A DNA stretch of 64,000 nt from the IMG/VR virus record IMGVR_UViG_3300032334_000315, positions 64,001 through 128,000 of that record, one strand, 5' to 3'. The position numbers and the translations under genes were made by a program. The notes beneath the pieces were generated by a model. It saw only the letters and a program-made list of their open reading frames with translations. It had not been told where the DNA came from and ran no database searches. The stretch comes from a virus. This document shows positions 27,735-36,016 of this stretch, piece after piece (positions within the stretch are counted from its first letter, which is position 1; the number at the start of each line of letters is the position of its first letter).

Positions 27735-27757
27735 TTATCACTCCGAGTTAGTTCTGC

Positions 27758-27788
27758 TATTTATGTTCTTGACTATTTAGTCTATATA
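27758..27788. promoter_or_regulatory. divergent late-type promoter pair (CATAAATA/CTAAATA on minus for gp13; TATATA on plus for the TctC operon)
   Basis: TATTTATG at 27758-65, TATTTAG at 27774-80; TATATA at 27783-88 lies 5 nt before the ATG at 27794, with no SD. Confidence 0.5.
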
Positions 27789-27793
27789 GTGCT

Positions 27794-28756
27794 ATGATTC
27801 GTTTGATCGTAATGCTCTTTATTGGCTTCATCTCGCTTGCGGCTGCGGCGGCTGAGCTAAAAATAATCACTCCATCCAATGACGATAGCTATAATATCAA
27901 CGCCAGGATTCTATCCAGGCATCTCGGTAAATACTTACCAGACAATCCTACTATAACTATCCAATCCATGCCAGGCGCTGCGAGCTTAGTTGCAGCCAAT
28001 TACATATACAATATTGCGCCGAGAGATGGTAGCGTTATCGGCATTGTCTATAAAGAGATTCCGTTTGTCGGGCTATTAGGCGGTGACGGAGTCCAGTTTG
28101 ATCCTAATCATTTCAACTGGATTGGGTCGGTAGCAGACGGCCGCAAGGATGCTGTTATTCTATGGGCCAATGAACCGAAGTTTCGGTCAGACTTCGTTGT
28201 AGGTGCTGAGGGTGCCACATCAGGCAACATGGCTTTGTTTGTCAACAAAATGCTTGGCACCAATTTCAAGATTGTCGGTGGTTATCCAACGACCGGTGCT
28301 AACCGTCTCGCGCTTGAGCGCAAGGAAGTGGATGCGGTTATCTATAGTTTGATTGGTATCAAAACGCAAAAGCCCAACTGGTTACAGTCAGGCAGCGGCA
28401 TCTATCCAACGCTTCAGTTTGGCAACGGTACGGCCCGTCTACCAGAATATAAAGAAGTTCCAGCACTGGCTGAATATGTAACAGACGACAAAGACAGAAA
28501 GCTCCTTCATGCTTTTGAATCCCAGTTCATAATGTTGCGCCCATTCGTAGCACCGCCTGGCGTGCCAAAAGCTCGCATAGATGAACTACGCAATGCGTTC
28601 TCAAAAGCAATGGTGGATGCTGAGTATGTTGAAGATGCGCGCCGTGCAAACATAGATATTAATGCTATCAGCGGTGCTGATATGGAAACCATGATAAAGA
28701 CTCCAGTAAATATCGAAACGCTCGATAGTCTCAAACAGATTTATAAGGTAAAGTGA
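27794..28756 (+). CDS. Bug/TctC-family tripartite tricarboxylate transporter substrate-binding protein
   Basis: Signal peptide; ARILSRHLGKYLPDNPTITIQSMPGAAS..AANYIYNIAPRDG, FNWIGS, GYP...LALERKEVD, RPFVAPPGVP. Confidence 0.88.
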   Translation: MIRLIVMLFIGFISLAAAAAELKIITPSNDDSYNINARILSRHLGKYLPDNPTITIQSMPGAASLVAANYIYNIAPRDGSVIGIVYKEIPFVGLLGGDGVQFDPNHFNWIGSVADGRKDAVILWANEPKFRSDFVVGAEGATSGNMALFVNKMLGTNFKIVGGYPTTGANRLALERKEVDAVIYSLIGIKTQKPNWLQSGSGIYPTLQFGNGTARLPEYKEVPALAEYVTDDKDRKLLHAFESQFIMLRPFVAPPGVPKARIDELRNAFSKAMVDAEYVEDARRANIDINAISGADMETMIKTPVNIETLDSLKQIYKVK

Positions 28757-28757
28757 A

Positions 28758-29438
28758 ATGTTCGAACATGCTCTATTTCCTACACTGTTAACCGAATTTG
28801 AATATCCAGAAAAAGATGCGTTCAAAAATGCTTTTTACCAGGGCATCTTCAAGTATATGTCACCCGAAGGATACTCAAGCGAGTTCACTGGCCATGTGAA
28901 TATCCACCATGAACCATCGTTTGAGCCATTCTTCAAGTTTGCTTCAGATTGCGTCAAGCAATATATCGCAAGACTTCACTTGGATCCAAACCTGTTTGAG
29001 TACAATGTGGTCAAAACATGGATGAACATTACTAAAAATCGTATGACACCTATGCACAATCATGCGGACGCGCACATGTCATTTACCTACTACATTAACA
29101 TTCCAAAAGAGTTCTCAAAGCCTATTCGTTTCTTCAACTACAATATGAGACATGAACCGTTCCCAGGTTGTATCAAGTTTAATGATCCATCAAAATGGGA
29201 CGACTTCAATGCATACACATGGCAGATTGAACCACAAGAAGGCAGACTGTTTGTTTTCCCAGCAAATTTGACGCATGACACCGTAGGCCATGAAGAAGAG
29301 AAAGAACCAGGATGCTTCACTCCAGACGATCTGGATCAGATGCGCGTCTGTCTTGCGTGTGATATTCTTCTAACATATAAAAATAAAGCAGCGAAACCAT
29401 TGGGTGTCCAACCTGTGAGTAACTGGAGAATTTTCTGA
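28758..29438 (+). CDS. putative 2OG-Fe(II) oxygenase (TIGR02466-like)
   Basis: LFPT start, WMN, HNHADAHMSFTYY, PQEGRLFVFPANLTH, R.CLACD. Confidence 0.8.
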   Translation: MFEHALFPTLLTEFEYPEKDAFKNAFYQGIFKYMSPEGYSSEFTGHVNIHHEPSFEPFFKFASDCVKQYIARLHLDPNLFEYNVVKTWMNITKNRMTPMHNHADAHMSFTYYINIPKEFSKPIRFFNYNMRHEPFPGCIKFNDPSKWDDFNAYTWQIEPQEGRLFVFPANLTHDTVGHEEEKEPGCFTPDDLDQMRVCLACDILLTYKNKAAKPLGVQPVSNWRIF

Positions 29439-30058
29439 TGGCAAAGTATACAACAATTTATAATGATCCATACCGTCGCGCTAAGATTACTTTGCCGTTT
29501 GCATTTTGGGATGGAGCATTCTCAGACGAAGAACTAAAAGCGGTTATTGAGTATTGCGATTCATTCGGTGTCGAACAGAGTACGCTTACTGGCACCACAG
29601 ACATTGAAGAAATTAAAAAGTACCGCGAATCAAAGATTAAGTTTCATGAGCGTAATCAGGACAACGGCTGGATCTTTGACAAACTAAACTTCATCATTCA
29701 GTCTATCAACGAGATGTATTATGGCTTTGATTTGAATGGATATAATGTGTTCCAGTATACCACATATGACGCTGAAGACGAAGGCCGATATGATTGGCAC
29801 ATGGATATGGCAATGGGCCATGAGCAACCTGGTGTGGCTGAAATTCGCAAGCTATCACTCACTCTCCTATTGGACGATGAGTTTGAGGGTGGTGAGTTCC
29901 AGATCAATGGTAGCAATGCACATGAACCTATCATTGCAGAATTGAAAAAAGGACGGGCTATTTTGTTCCCGTCCTTTATGATTCACCGTGTTACGCCAGT
30001 CACAAAAGGCAAGAGGCGATCAATCGTTGTCTGGGTAGTAGGACCAAAGTTCCAGTAA
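29438..30058 (+). CDS. 2OG-Fe(II) oxygenase (prolyl-4-hydroxylase/PKHD-like)
   Basis: QYTTY, YDWHMD, RKLSLTLLL, FEGGEF, FPSFMIHRVTPVTKGKRRSIVVW. Confidence 0.92.
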   Translation: MAKYTTIYNDPYRRAKITLPFAFWDGAFSDEELKAVIEYCDSFGVEQSTLTGTTDIEEIKKYRESKIKFHERNQDNGWIFDKLNFIIQSINEMYYGFDLNGYNVFQYTTYDAEDEGRYDWHMDMAMGHEQPGVAEIRKLSLTLLLDDEFEGGEFQINGSNAHEPIIAELKKGRAILFPSFMIHRVTPVTKGKRRSIVVWVVGPKFQ

Positions 30059-30970
30059 CTACTTCAACACAATGTCTTTTTCATACTTATCGACAATTTT
30101 ATTTATTTTATCAATTTCTTGTTGAATTTTTTCTCGTTCAAAACATCTGAGTTCATGACCAATCTTCTCAAGTAGTTTTATAAAATCAGTCGATCCACAT
30201 ATTTTTGGCAAAAAAATATCAAACGTCTTTACAAATTCAACTCTTTCTTTCGGTACAGAAAATCCGACAGTTGATACAAAATTAAAATCTGGAACACCAA
30301 CATGTTTTCCATTAGGAATATTTGATGCTTCTAAACTAGATGATAAGATTGGTCTCAAGCCTATGATGTCTTGTGGCGAAAATATTGTATAGTCAGCTTC
30401 GTTTACCAATATGCTTTTTGTTATTTCATATGGTGATGTGTAATTTAAATCTTTAGATTTAAAGCCAATCGACTTTAATAAAACAACATTAAGATACGGT
30501 GTTATTGCATTTGTTGTTGTATTCCCAAAGTATACAGTTTTTCCTGAGCTAAAAAGATTTTTTAAATCATTAAACGATTTGATATTTGATTTCGGGTTAA
30601 CGGCAAGATGAAAAGGTGTTCCAGAAAAAGATTGTACTTGAACAACATCACTATTTCGATTATAGGCATTTATATTTGGGCTGGTATATCTACCTAAAGT
30701 GACACCGGATATACCAGACCAAATCAGAACGTCTTCGCCGGCTCTGGCCGCAGATATAGCTCTAAGGGTAGCATTATCTCCACCAGCTCCTGGTATTGAA
30801 GTAAGCCGAAATTGAACATCATTCTGAATAATATTGAGTTGAGATATTACTTCTGTCCCTACAAGCATTCCAACACTGCCTGGGGTAAACATCGAGTAAA
30901 CATTTACTTCTTTTGCCATAGCACAATTTGACAATAGTAAAAAAAATAATGCAAACATTTTATTAAACAT
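30059..30970 (-). CDS. divergent Bug/TctC-like secreted solute-binding protein
   Basis: Signal peptide ending AMA; FTPGS, IPGAGG and LAVNPKSNIKSFNDL motifs; paralogue of 33859..34791. Confidence 0.65.
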   Translation of the reverse strand: MFNKMFALFFLLLSNCAMAKEVNVYSMFTPGSVGMLVGTEVISQLNIIQNDVQFRLTSIPGAGGDNATLRAISAARAGEDVLIWSGISGVTLGRYTSPNINAYNRNSDVVQVQSFSGTPFHLAVNPKSNIKSFNDLKNLFSSGKTVYFGNTTTNAITPYLNVVLLKSIGFKSKDLNYTSPYEITKSILVNEADYTIFSPQDIIGLRPILSSSLEASNIPNGKHVGVPDFNFVSTVGFSVPKERVEFVKTFDIFLPKICGSTDFIKLLEKIGHELRCFEREKIQQEIDKINKIVDKYEKDIVLK

Positions 30971-30982
30971 AATAAAATTTCC

Positions 30983-32185
30983 TTAAAATTCTGGCTTAAA
31001 TTGTCCGAGATAATAAAGTCTAGAAAATAGAGTCTTATTCAAGTTTGATTTGTTTGCTATTTTATCATATTTTTTCCATTTGTGCGATTGATAATCAGCA
31101 TAAAAATCATGCGCCGTATGAGATATACCAATAGTTTCTACCAACTTTATATCGGGACTTATTTTTGTTGGTTTAGAGCCAACAAAAATATTTGGATCCC
31201 AATCCGGATAAATGATTGTATTATACCATCTATCTAAAATAAAACCTGGTGGACATTTTATTTTTGGATCAGACAATGCGTTTTTTACCACATTTCGTAT
31301 GTACATCCACTCATTATATAATTTTTTACTTTTTGCCAATTTATCAATAATTACTTGACACTGTTTTACCGGTATCATTGGAAAATCTGGTGACCAGTAA
31401 AAATCTTCGACTGTATATGGAGCACCTTCTTTTTGAAGAGATACTCCGATATTTGCGAGAGTGATATCGGAAAACAAAAAGAAAATTTTACCATCGTCGG
31501 TAATGTCAATAATGGGTTTTTCGAGGCCTCTGATAACAGCTACATTTTCTTTTGTTATAGACTGTCTTTCGTGTTTAATTAAAAGTGGTGACCAATTTTT
31601 TCCTACACCTCCTGTAACCCATCTAAGTGACCTAGGTTCATCGTTATGACCAAGATACTCATATTTTTTTCCACCTATTTGCGTGATTAAATTTTCCGAC
31701 GAATCAATCAATGTAATTTTAGTGTTTGGACTATATTTTTTAATTTTATTTAACTGTGGTATAACGGCCATCTCAAATTCCATAAACTCGGTGAGATCCT
31801 CGTCATTAAGCAATATGCTACGATCCAATCTATTAATCGCTCTCTGGTGATGAACAATAACGATCTCATCTAAAAAAATATTATTTTTAAGAAAAGTTTC
31901 CAAAACTTGTGTTGAATCGCTACCTCCGGAATATCTTAAAATTAGATATCGGTATTTATCACGCAACTGTTGGGCGCGATCTCTATACAGGACCGATATG
32001 TCAAGGTGTATGGTTTTTTCCCAGTTGATGTTTGAAAAAATATGGTCGTTGTAATAGAATTGAATCTTACCGCCATAATCTTTCTTTAATAGCATAAGAT
32101 CCAATGCATCTTCTCGCATTACAAAAGTTTGGTTATCATAAACATAATAACCCAGGTGTGGGTACTTTATATCAAAAGTTAACAT
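30983..32185 (-). CDS. PP-loop (adenine nucleotide alpha-hydrolase-like) enzyme
   Basis: YRDRAQQLRDKYRYLILRYSGGSDSTQVL..F..NNIFLDEI; RGLEKP; EDFYWSPD. Confidence 0.75.
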   Translation of the reverse strand: MLTFDIKYPHLGYYVYDNQTFVMREDALDLMLLKKDYGGKIQFYYNDHIFSNINWEKTIHLDISVLYRDRAQQLRDKYRYLILRYSGGSDSTQVLETFLKNNIFLDEIVIVHHQRAINRLDRSILLNDEDLTEFMEFEMAVIPQLNKIKKYSPNTKITLIDSSENLITQIGGKKYEYLGHNDEPRSLRWVTGGVGKNWSPLLIKHERQSITKENVAVIRGLEKPIIDITDDGKIFFLFSDITLANIGVSLQKEGAPYTVEDFYWSPDFPMIPVKQCQVIIDKLAKSKKLYNEWMYIRNVVKNALSDPKIKCPPGFILDRWYNTIIYPDWDPNIFVGSKPTKISPDIKLVETIGISHTAHDFYADYQSHKWKKYDKIANKSNLNKTLFSRLYYLGQFKPEF

Positions 32186-32620
32186 TTATTTGTTTTCATA
32201 AAATGGATACAGCTCGCCTGTCTTTCTATTGCGGTATGAATAGTAAAATTGAAAATTTACGTCTCTTAAATTTGACTTTGGATTCAAATCTAGCATTTTC
32301 TGTTTGATATCAACAATCGCTGTATTGTAAGCTCTTGCTAGAGCGATATTTGAAAAGTAATATTCAATAATCAATGTGGTGTCATCTTCTGTATATCTGC
32401 GCGTCCAACCTTCAAATCCTTCAAATAGTTCTGGAGCCATTTGATCTCTAAGATTCTTCGTTGCTCTAAAATGAGCGGTATTTTTTATAGTGACGTTATC
32501 TCTAACATCAAACAAAACATCGACAGCCTTTGGTGAATTGATAGGAACATAGATGTCCGCCCAATTACCGCCCTCAGATTTGACAGTGATTATACTGAAT
32601 ATGATTGGTGCGTCGGTCAT
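32186..32620 (-). CDS. hypothetical protein (144 aa, start MTDAP)
   Basis: GAGGAG SD 6 nt upstream of ATG 32620; first gene of the leftward cassette. Confidence 0.6.
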   Translation of the reverse strand: MTDAPIIFSIITVKSEGGNWADIYVPINSPKAVDVLFDVRDNVTIKNTAHFRATKNLRDQMAPELFEGFEGWTRRYTEDDTTLIIEYYFSNIALARAYNTAIVDIKQKMLDLNPKSNLRDVNFQFYYSYRNRKTGELYPFYENK

Positions 32621-32646
32621 AAAATTCTCCTCGTTTGATTCTGGTC

Positions 32647-32661
32647 TATTTAGCATATATA
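32647..32661. promoter_or_regulatory. divergent late-type promoter pair (CTAAATA on minus; TATATA on plus)
   Basis: TATTTAG at 32647-53; TATATA at 32656-61 lies 5 nt before the ATG at 32667. Confidence 0.5.
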
Positions 32662-32666
32662 AACAT

Positions 32667-33857
32667 ATGAAATTGCATAATGGATATTACACCTATAACG
32701 GAAAAATGTTTTTTGCTCGTGAGGACGCATTTGATGCGATGCTATTGAATAATGATCTCAGCGGTCAAATTTTATTCAATTACAATGATCCTATCTTCGC
32801 GAACATCAATTGGACTAAAGATCCAAAGATAAACATTTCTAGTCTATATCGTATGCGCGCTCAACAAATCCGAGATAAGTATAAGTATGTCATACTTTCG
32901 TTTTCTGGTGGTAGCGATTCAACTCAAGTTCTTCAAACTTTTTTGAATAATGACATATTCATAGACGAAATCCAAGTATCAACTTTGGACAAAATGACGC
33001 ACCGATTTAATAAACAAGAATTGGCTAAAGATCGAGATTTGGGATATATCATGGAATACGAGTATGCTGTAAAACCTATGTTAAAGATCGTCAAAGAAAA
33101 ATCACCAGATACCAAAATTACGATTCATGATGCTTCTGATTATCTACACGATCAGTTGTCTGAGAAGAAATTTTTTCCATTAGGAAATGATGCACGAACG
33201 AGAGTCGGTTCTCCTAGAATGTCACCTGGTGTAGGTCCATCATTCATATGGTGGTATATGTACAATACAATTAATTCAGATAAGTCAACAGACAGAGATG
33301 GTGTATGTATTGTTAGAGGCTTTGAAAAACCGTCAATTATGATTGACGATGACAACAAGATGTATTTTCATTTCTATGACCATACTATGATTTCAACGGC
33401 CGCAATCAATAAAGGTGAAGTTGTTGAAAATTATACCACTGAAGATTTTTTTTGGTCTCCAGATATGCCTTTTATTCCGGTCAAACAGTGTCATATGATT
33501 CTGAATAAGTTCAGAAGTGACAAAAAATTTCTAAACAAATATAAAGATGGATTGAAAGCTATCGACGAATTTGCTAAATTAAATTACAAACCTGTGTATT
33601 CGCCAGCAATTCATATCGAACGAATGTTGTGTGAGATTATATATCCAAATTGGAATCCTAATACGTTTGTGGCACCTAAGCCAACAAACATAAGTCCAGA
33701 GTTCAAGATATATGAGCTGGCTGTTGGAAAACACTTCGGTAATGATTTCAAAAAAGAAATCCAAAACTATAAAGAATCCAAATATGACGCAATATTAGAC
33801 AAAAGACAATTTTATAGAATGATTCCATCGAAAAAATATTATGTAGGAGACATATAG
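32667..33857 (+). CDS. PP-loop (adenine nucleotide alpha-hydrolase-like) enzyme (start MKLHNG)
   Basis: YRMRAQQIRDKYKYVILSFSGGSDSTQVL; RGFEKP; EDFFWSPD; aligns along its length with 30983..32185. Confidence 0.75.
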   Translation: MKLHNGYYTYNGKMFFAREDAFDAMLLNNDLSGQILFNYNDPIFANINWTKDPKINISSLYRMRAQQIRDKYKYVILSFSGGSDSTQVLQTFLNNDIFIDEIQVSTLDKMTHRFNKQELAKDRDLGYIMEYEYAVKPMLKIVKEKSPDTKITIHDASDYLHDQLSEKKFFPLGNDARTRVGSPRMSPGVGPSFIWWYMYNTINSDKSTDRDGVCIVRGFEKPSIMIDDDNKMYFHFYDHTMISTAAINKGEVVENYTTEDFFWSPDMPFIPVKQCHMILNKFRSDKKFLNKYKDGLKAIDEFAKLNYKPVYSPAIHIERMLCEIIYPNWNPNTFVAPKPTNISPEFKIYELAVGKHFGNDFKKEIQNYKESKYDAILDKRQFYRMIPSKKYYVGDI

Positions 33858-33858
33858 A

Positions 33859-34791
33859 ATGTGGATGCGAATTTTATCTTTCTTGCTCGGCACGTCATTT
33901 ATGATAACCAGTGCGTTTGCTTTGGAAGAGCGAGTCAATATTTACACCAGATTTGCAGCTGGTGACAACACTATCATTATGGTTAACATGATGATTAAGC
34001 AGTTGAATAAGAAATATGAAGGTGTTTACGATTTTAGGGTCAACATTATTCCTGGATCAGGTGGAGAATCTGCCGACCAGAGAGCTATATTGGATGCCAA
34101 TGCAGGAATAAACACACTTGTCGTAGGCAGCATTTCAAATTTTGCTATCAATCCAATTGTCTACGATTCAAAAATCAATCGCGATATCGAATTTATTCCA
34201 GTTGAGTTGGCCCATAGATTACCAAACGCAATCATGGTAAATCCAGACTTAAATATCAATACGGTCGACGATCTGGTAAAGCATATTAGAAACAAGAATA
34301 AAGCTTACAGCGGAAACACTCTGCAAGCAACTTCTCCGATTCTGTTAGACTCAATATTCAGAACTCATTATGGATTGAATAATGTTGAGAGTGTAAAATA
34401 TAAAGCACCACCTGAAGTTGCGAAGAGCGTTCTTATTAATGAAGTCGATTATTCAATTTTAAATCCCATCGACACCACAGGGTTAAAGCTTTTAGCAATT
34501 TCGTTTCCTCAAAGAGATGCTTATTTTCCAAATATTCCTACGGGAATTGAATCTGGCATGCCAGATTTTAATTATGCTTCAAGCATGATGTTCTATGTGC
34601 CAAAAGCAAGTCTGAAATTTGTCGCTACTATCAGACAGGAACTCCATCAAGCATGCCTTGATAGCTATGGTATTGATATGGTAAAAACTCTTAAAATTAC
34701 ACCAATATGCAATAACGATGAGACATTTCTTTGGAAAGAAATTACTAGAGAAAGATTGCTAGCCCTAAAACATAAAGACTCACTCAAATAA
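33859..34791 (+). CDS. divergent Bug/TctC-like secreted solute-binding protein
   Basis: Signal peptide ending AFA; FAAGD, IPGSGG, INTVDDLV and R..YFPNIPT..ESG.PDF Bug-like motifs. Confidence 0.7.
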   Translation: MWMRILSFLLGTSFMITSAFALEERVNIYTRFAAGDNTIIMVNMMIKQLNKKYEGVYDFRVNIIPGSGGESADQRAILDANAGINTLVVGSISNFAINPIVYDSKINRDIEFIPVELAHRLPNAIMVNPDLNINTVDDLVKHIRNKNKAYSGNTLQATSPILLDSIFRTHYGLNNVESVKYKAPPEVAKSVLINEVDYSILNPIDTTGLKLLAISFPQRDAYFPNIPTGIESGMPDFNYASSMMFYVPKASLKFVATIRQELHQACLDSYGIDMVKTLKITPICNNDETFLWKEITRERLLALKHKDSLK

Positions 34792-35580
34792 TGCTAAAAA
34801 CTGTTCTTTGGTACCAAAAGTGTGATTAGGATCAGGCGTATGTACTCTATGCTGCCTGATACGGACAAATACTAGATCATATCCTGATCCATAATCATAC
34901 GAGAATTTTGGTCTCCATGGAATGTTATAGATCCTTGATTTGAAATCTTGAACCGTTTCATTACCCATTTCTTTTACCATAGCACAACACAGTTCTGGCG
35001 TGTATGTGAAAAAGTAATGGGTATTATCATTGTGAATTAAAACGTCATTGTAGAAATCCCACTCATTAGCACCAACATACATTTGTCCATCATTGTCGTC
35101 AATGATGTGTTCGCTCATAATCATAATCCCGCCATGATCTTCTGCGTATCTACCGACTATAAGGCCTGGTACAGAATTGTGACCATATCCACTTAATTTT
35201 TTAAATATGTCATCAACAAAGATCGTCAATAGTTCAGACGGTGTTTTGTCGATAACTATAGGATCTATTCCGTACTCCTTGCAAGTACGAAAAGCATAAG
35301 CCGATTCATATTTGTTTATTGGCGTATTGACAATAACGGGAATTACGTTATGATCGCGTTCGACCATACGTCTAAACACGAACTCTGAATCCATACCGCC
35401 ACTAAAACCAATAAACAACTTTTCTGATTTATCAGCAATTAAATCGGCAGTGTAATCTGTAGCTGCATCAAAAGACATTATATTGTATGGCTTTGTATTC
35501 AGATGCACAGAAAAATTTGTCGAATTGTTTATTAATCTTTTGGATAGATTACTTCGAAGCCAATTGTTTTCCGTTGCCAT
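34780..35580 (-). CDS. PP-loop enzyme (shorter subfamily)
   Basis: LFIGFSGGMDSEFV motif. Confidence 0.7.
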   Translation of the reverse strand: MATENNWLRSNLSKRLINNSTNFSVHLNTKPYNIMSFDAATDYTADLIADKSEKLFIGFSGGMDSEFVFRRMVERDHNVIPVIVNTPINKYESAYAFRTCKEYGIDPIVIDKTPSELLTIFVDDIFKKLSGYGHNSVPGLIVGRYAEDHGGIMIMSEHIIDDNDGQMYVGANEWDFYNDVLIHNDNTHYFFTYTPELCCAMVKEMGNETVQDFKSRIYNIPWRPKFSYDYGSGYDLVFVRIRQHRVHTPDPNHTFGTKEQFLALFE

Positions 35581-36016
35581 CTAAGCCTTTCCATGTACCA
35601 AATATCAAGTCCCAAATGGGAATGAACACGCCATAATTTTTGGTGGCATAATCATGGTGAATGAGATGCCACTTGCCACTGGTTAGGAATGGATAGAGAT
35701 TGATGCGCTTGTTATGTTCGACCGCCTCTTGGATAAAGCCAGCCCAAATGTAGTACGCAACTAAAAGCCACCAATGACCAGTGATTGCAGATATTATAAT
35801 CGTTGGAATCACTTCTGTCAACCACTGATCTATGGTGCTATTCCAGGTATCGAAAAAAAGAAATGCGTTTTTCCAGTTTAGACCTTGGATTGTTTGGTCT
35901 GTTACCTGCGCGTGATGATCCATGTGAAATTTACGGACAATCGGAATCACATGGGCCGCACGATGCGCCCAATAGACGACAAAAGTCCATAAAAGAAACA
36001 CAAGGAAGTAGCTCAT
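35549..36016 (-). CDS. fatty acid hydroxylase/sterol desaturase family membrane protein
   Basis: His boxes YWAHRAAH, FHMDHH, EHN and WHLIHH; NYG...WDLIFGT; hydrophobic segments; ATGA-coupled start at 36016. Confidence 0.85.
   Translation of the reverse strand: MSYFLVFLLWTFVVYWAHRAAHVIPIVRKFHMDHHAQVTDQTIQGLNWKNAFLFFDTWNSTIDQWLTEVIPTIIISAITGHWWLLVAYYIWAGFIQEAVEHNKRINLYPFLTSGKWHLIHHDYATKNYGVFIPIWDLIFGTWKGLDGNGKQLASK

Noticed and set aside
32553-32666. Extended N-termini of ORF-track calls 32553..33857 and 32186..32656
   Set aside because: They would overlap head-to-head. Paralogue alignment and the SD support starts at 32667 and 32620.
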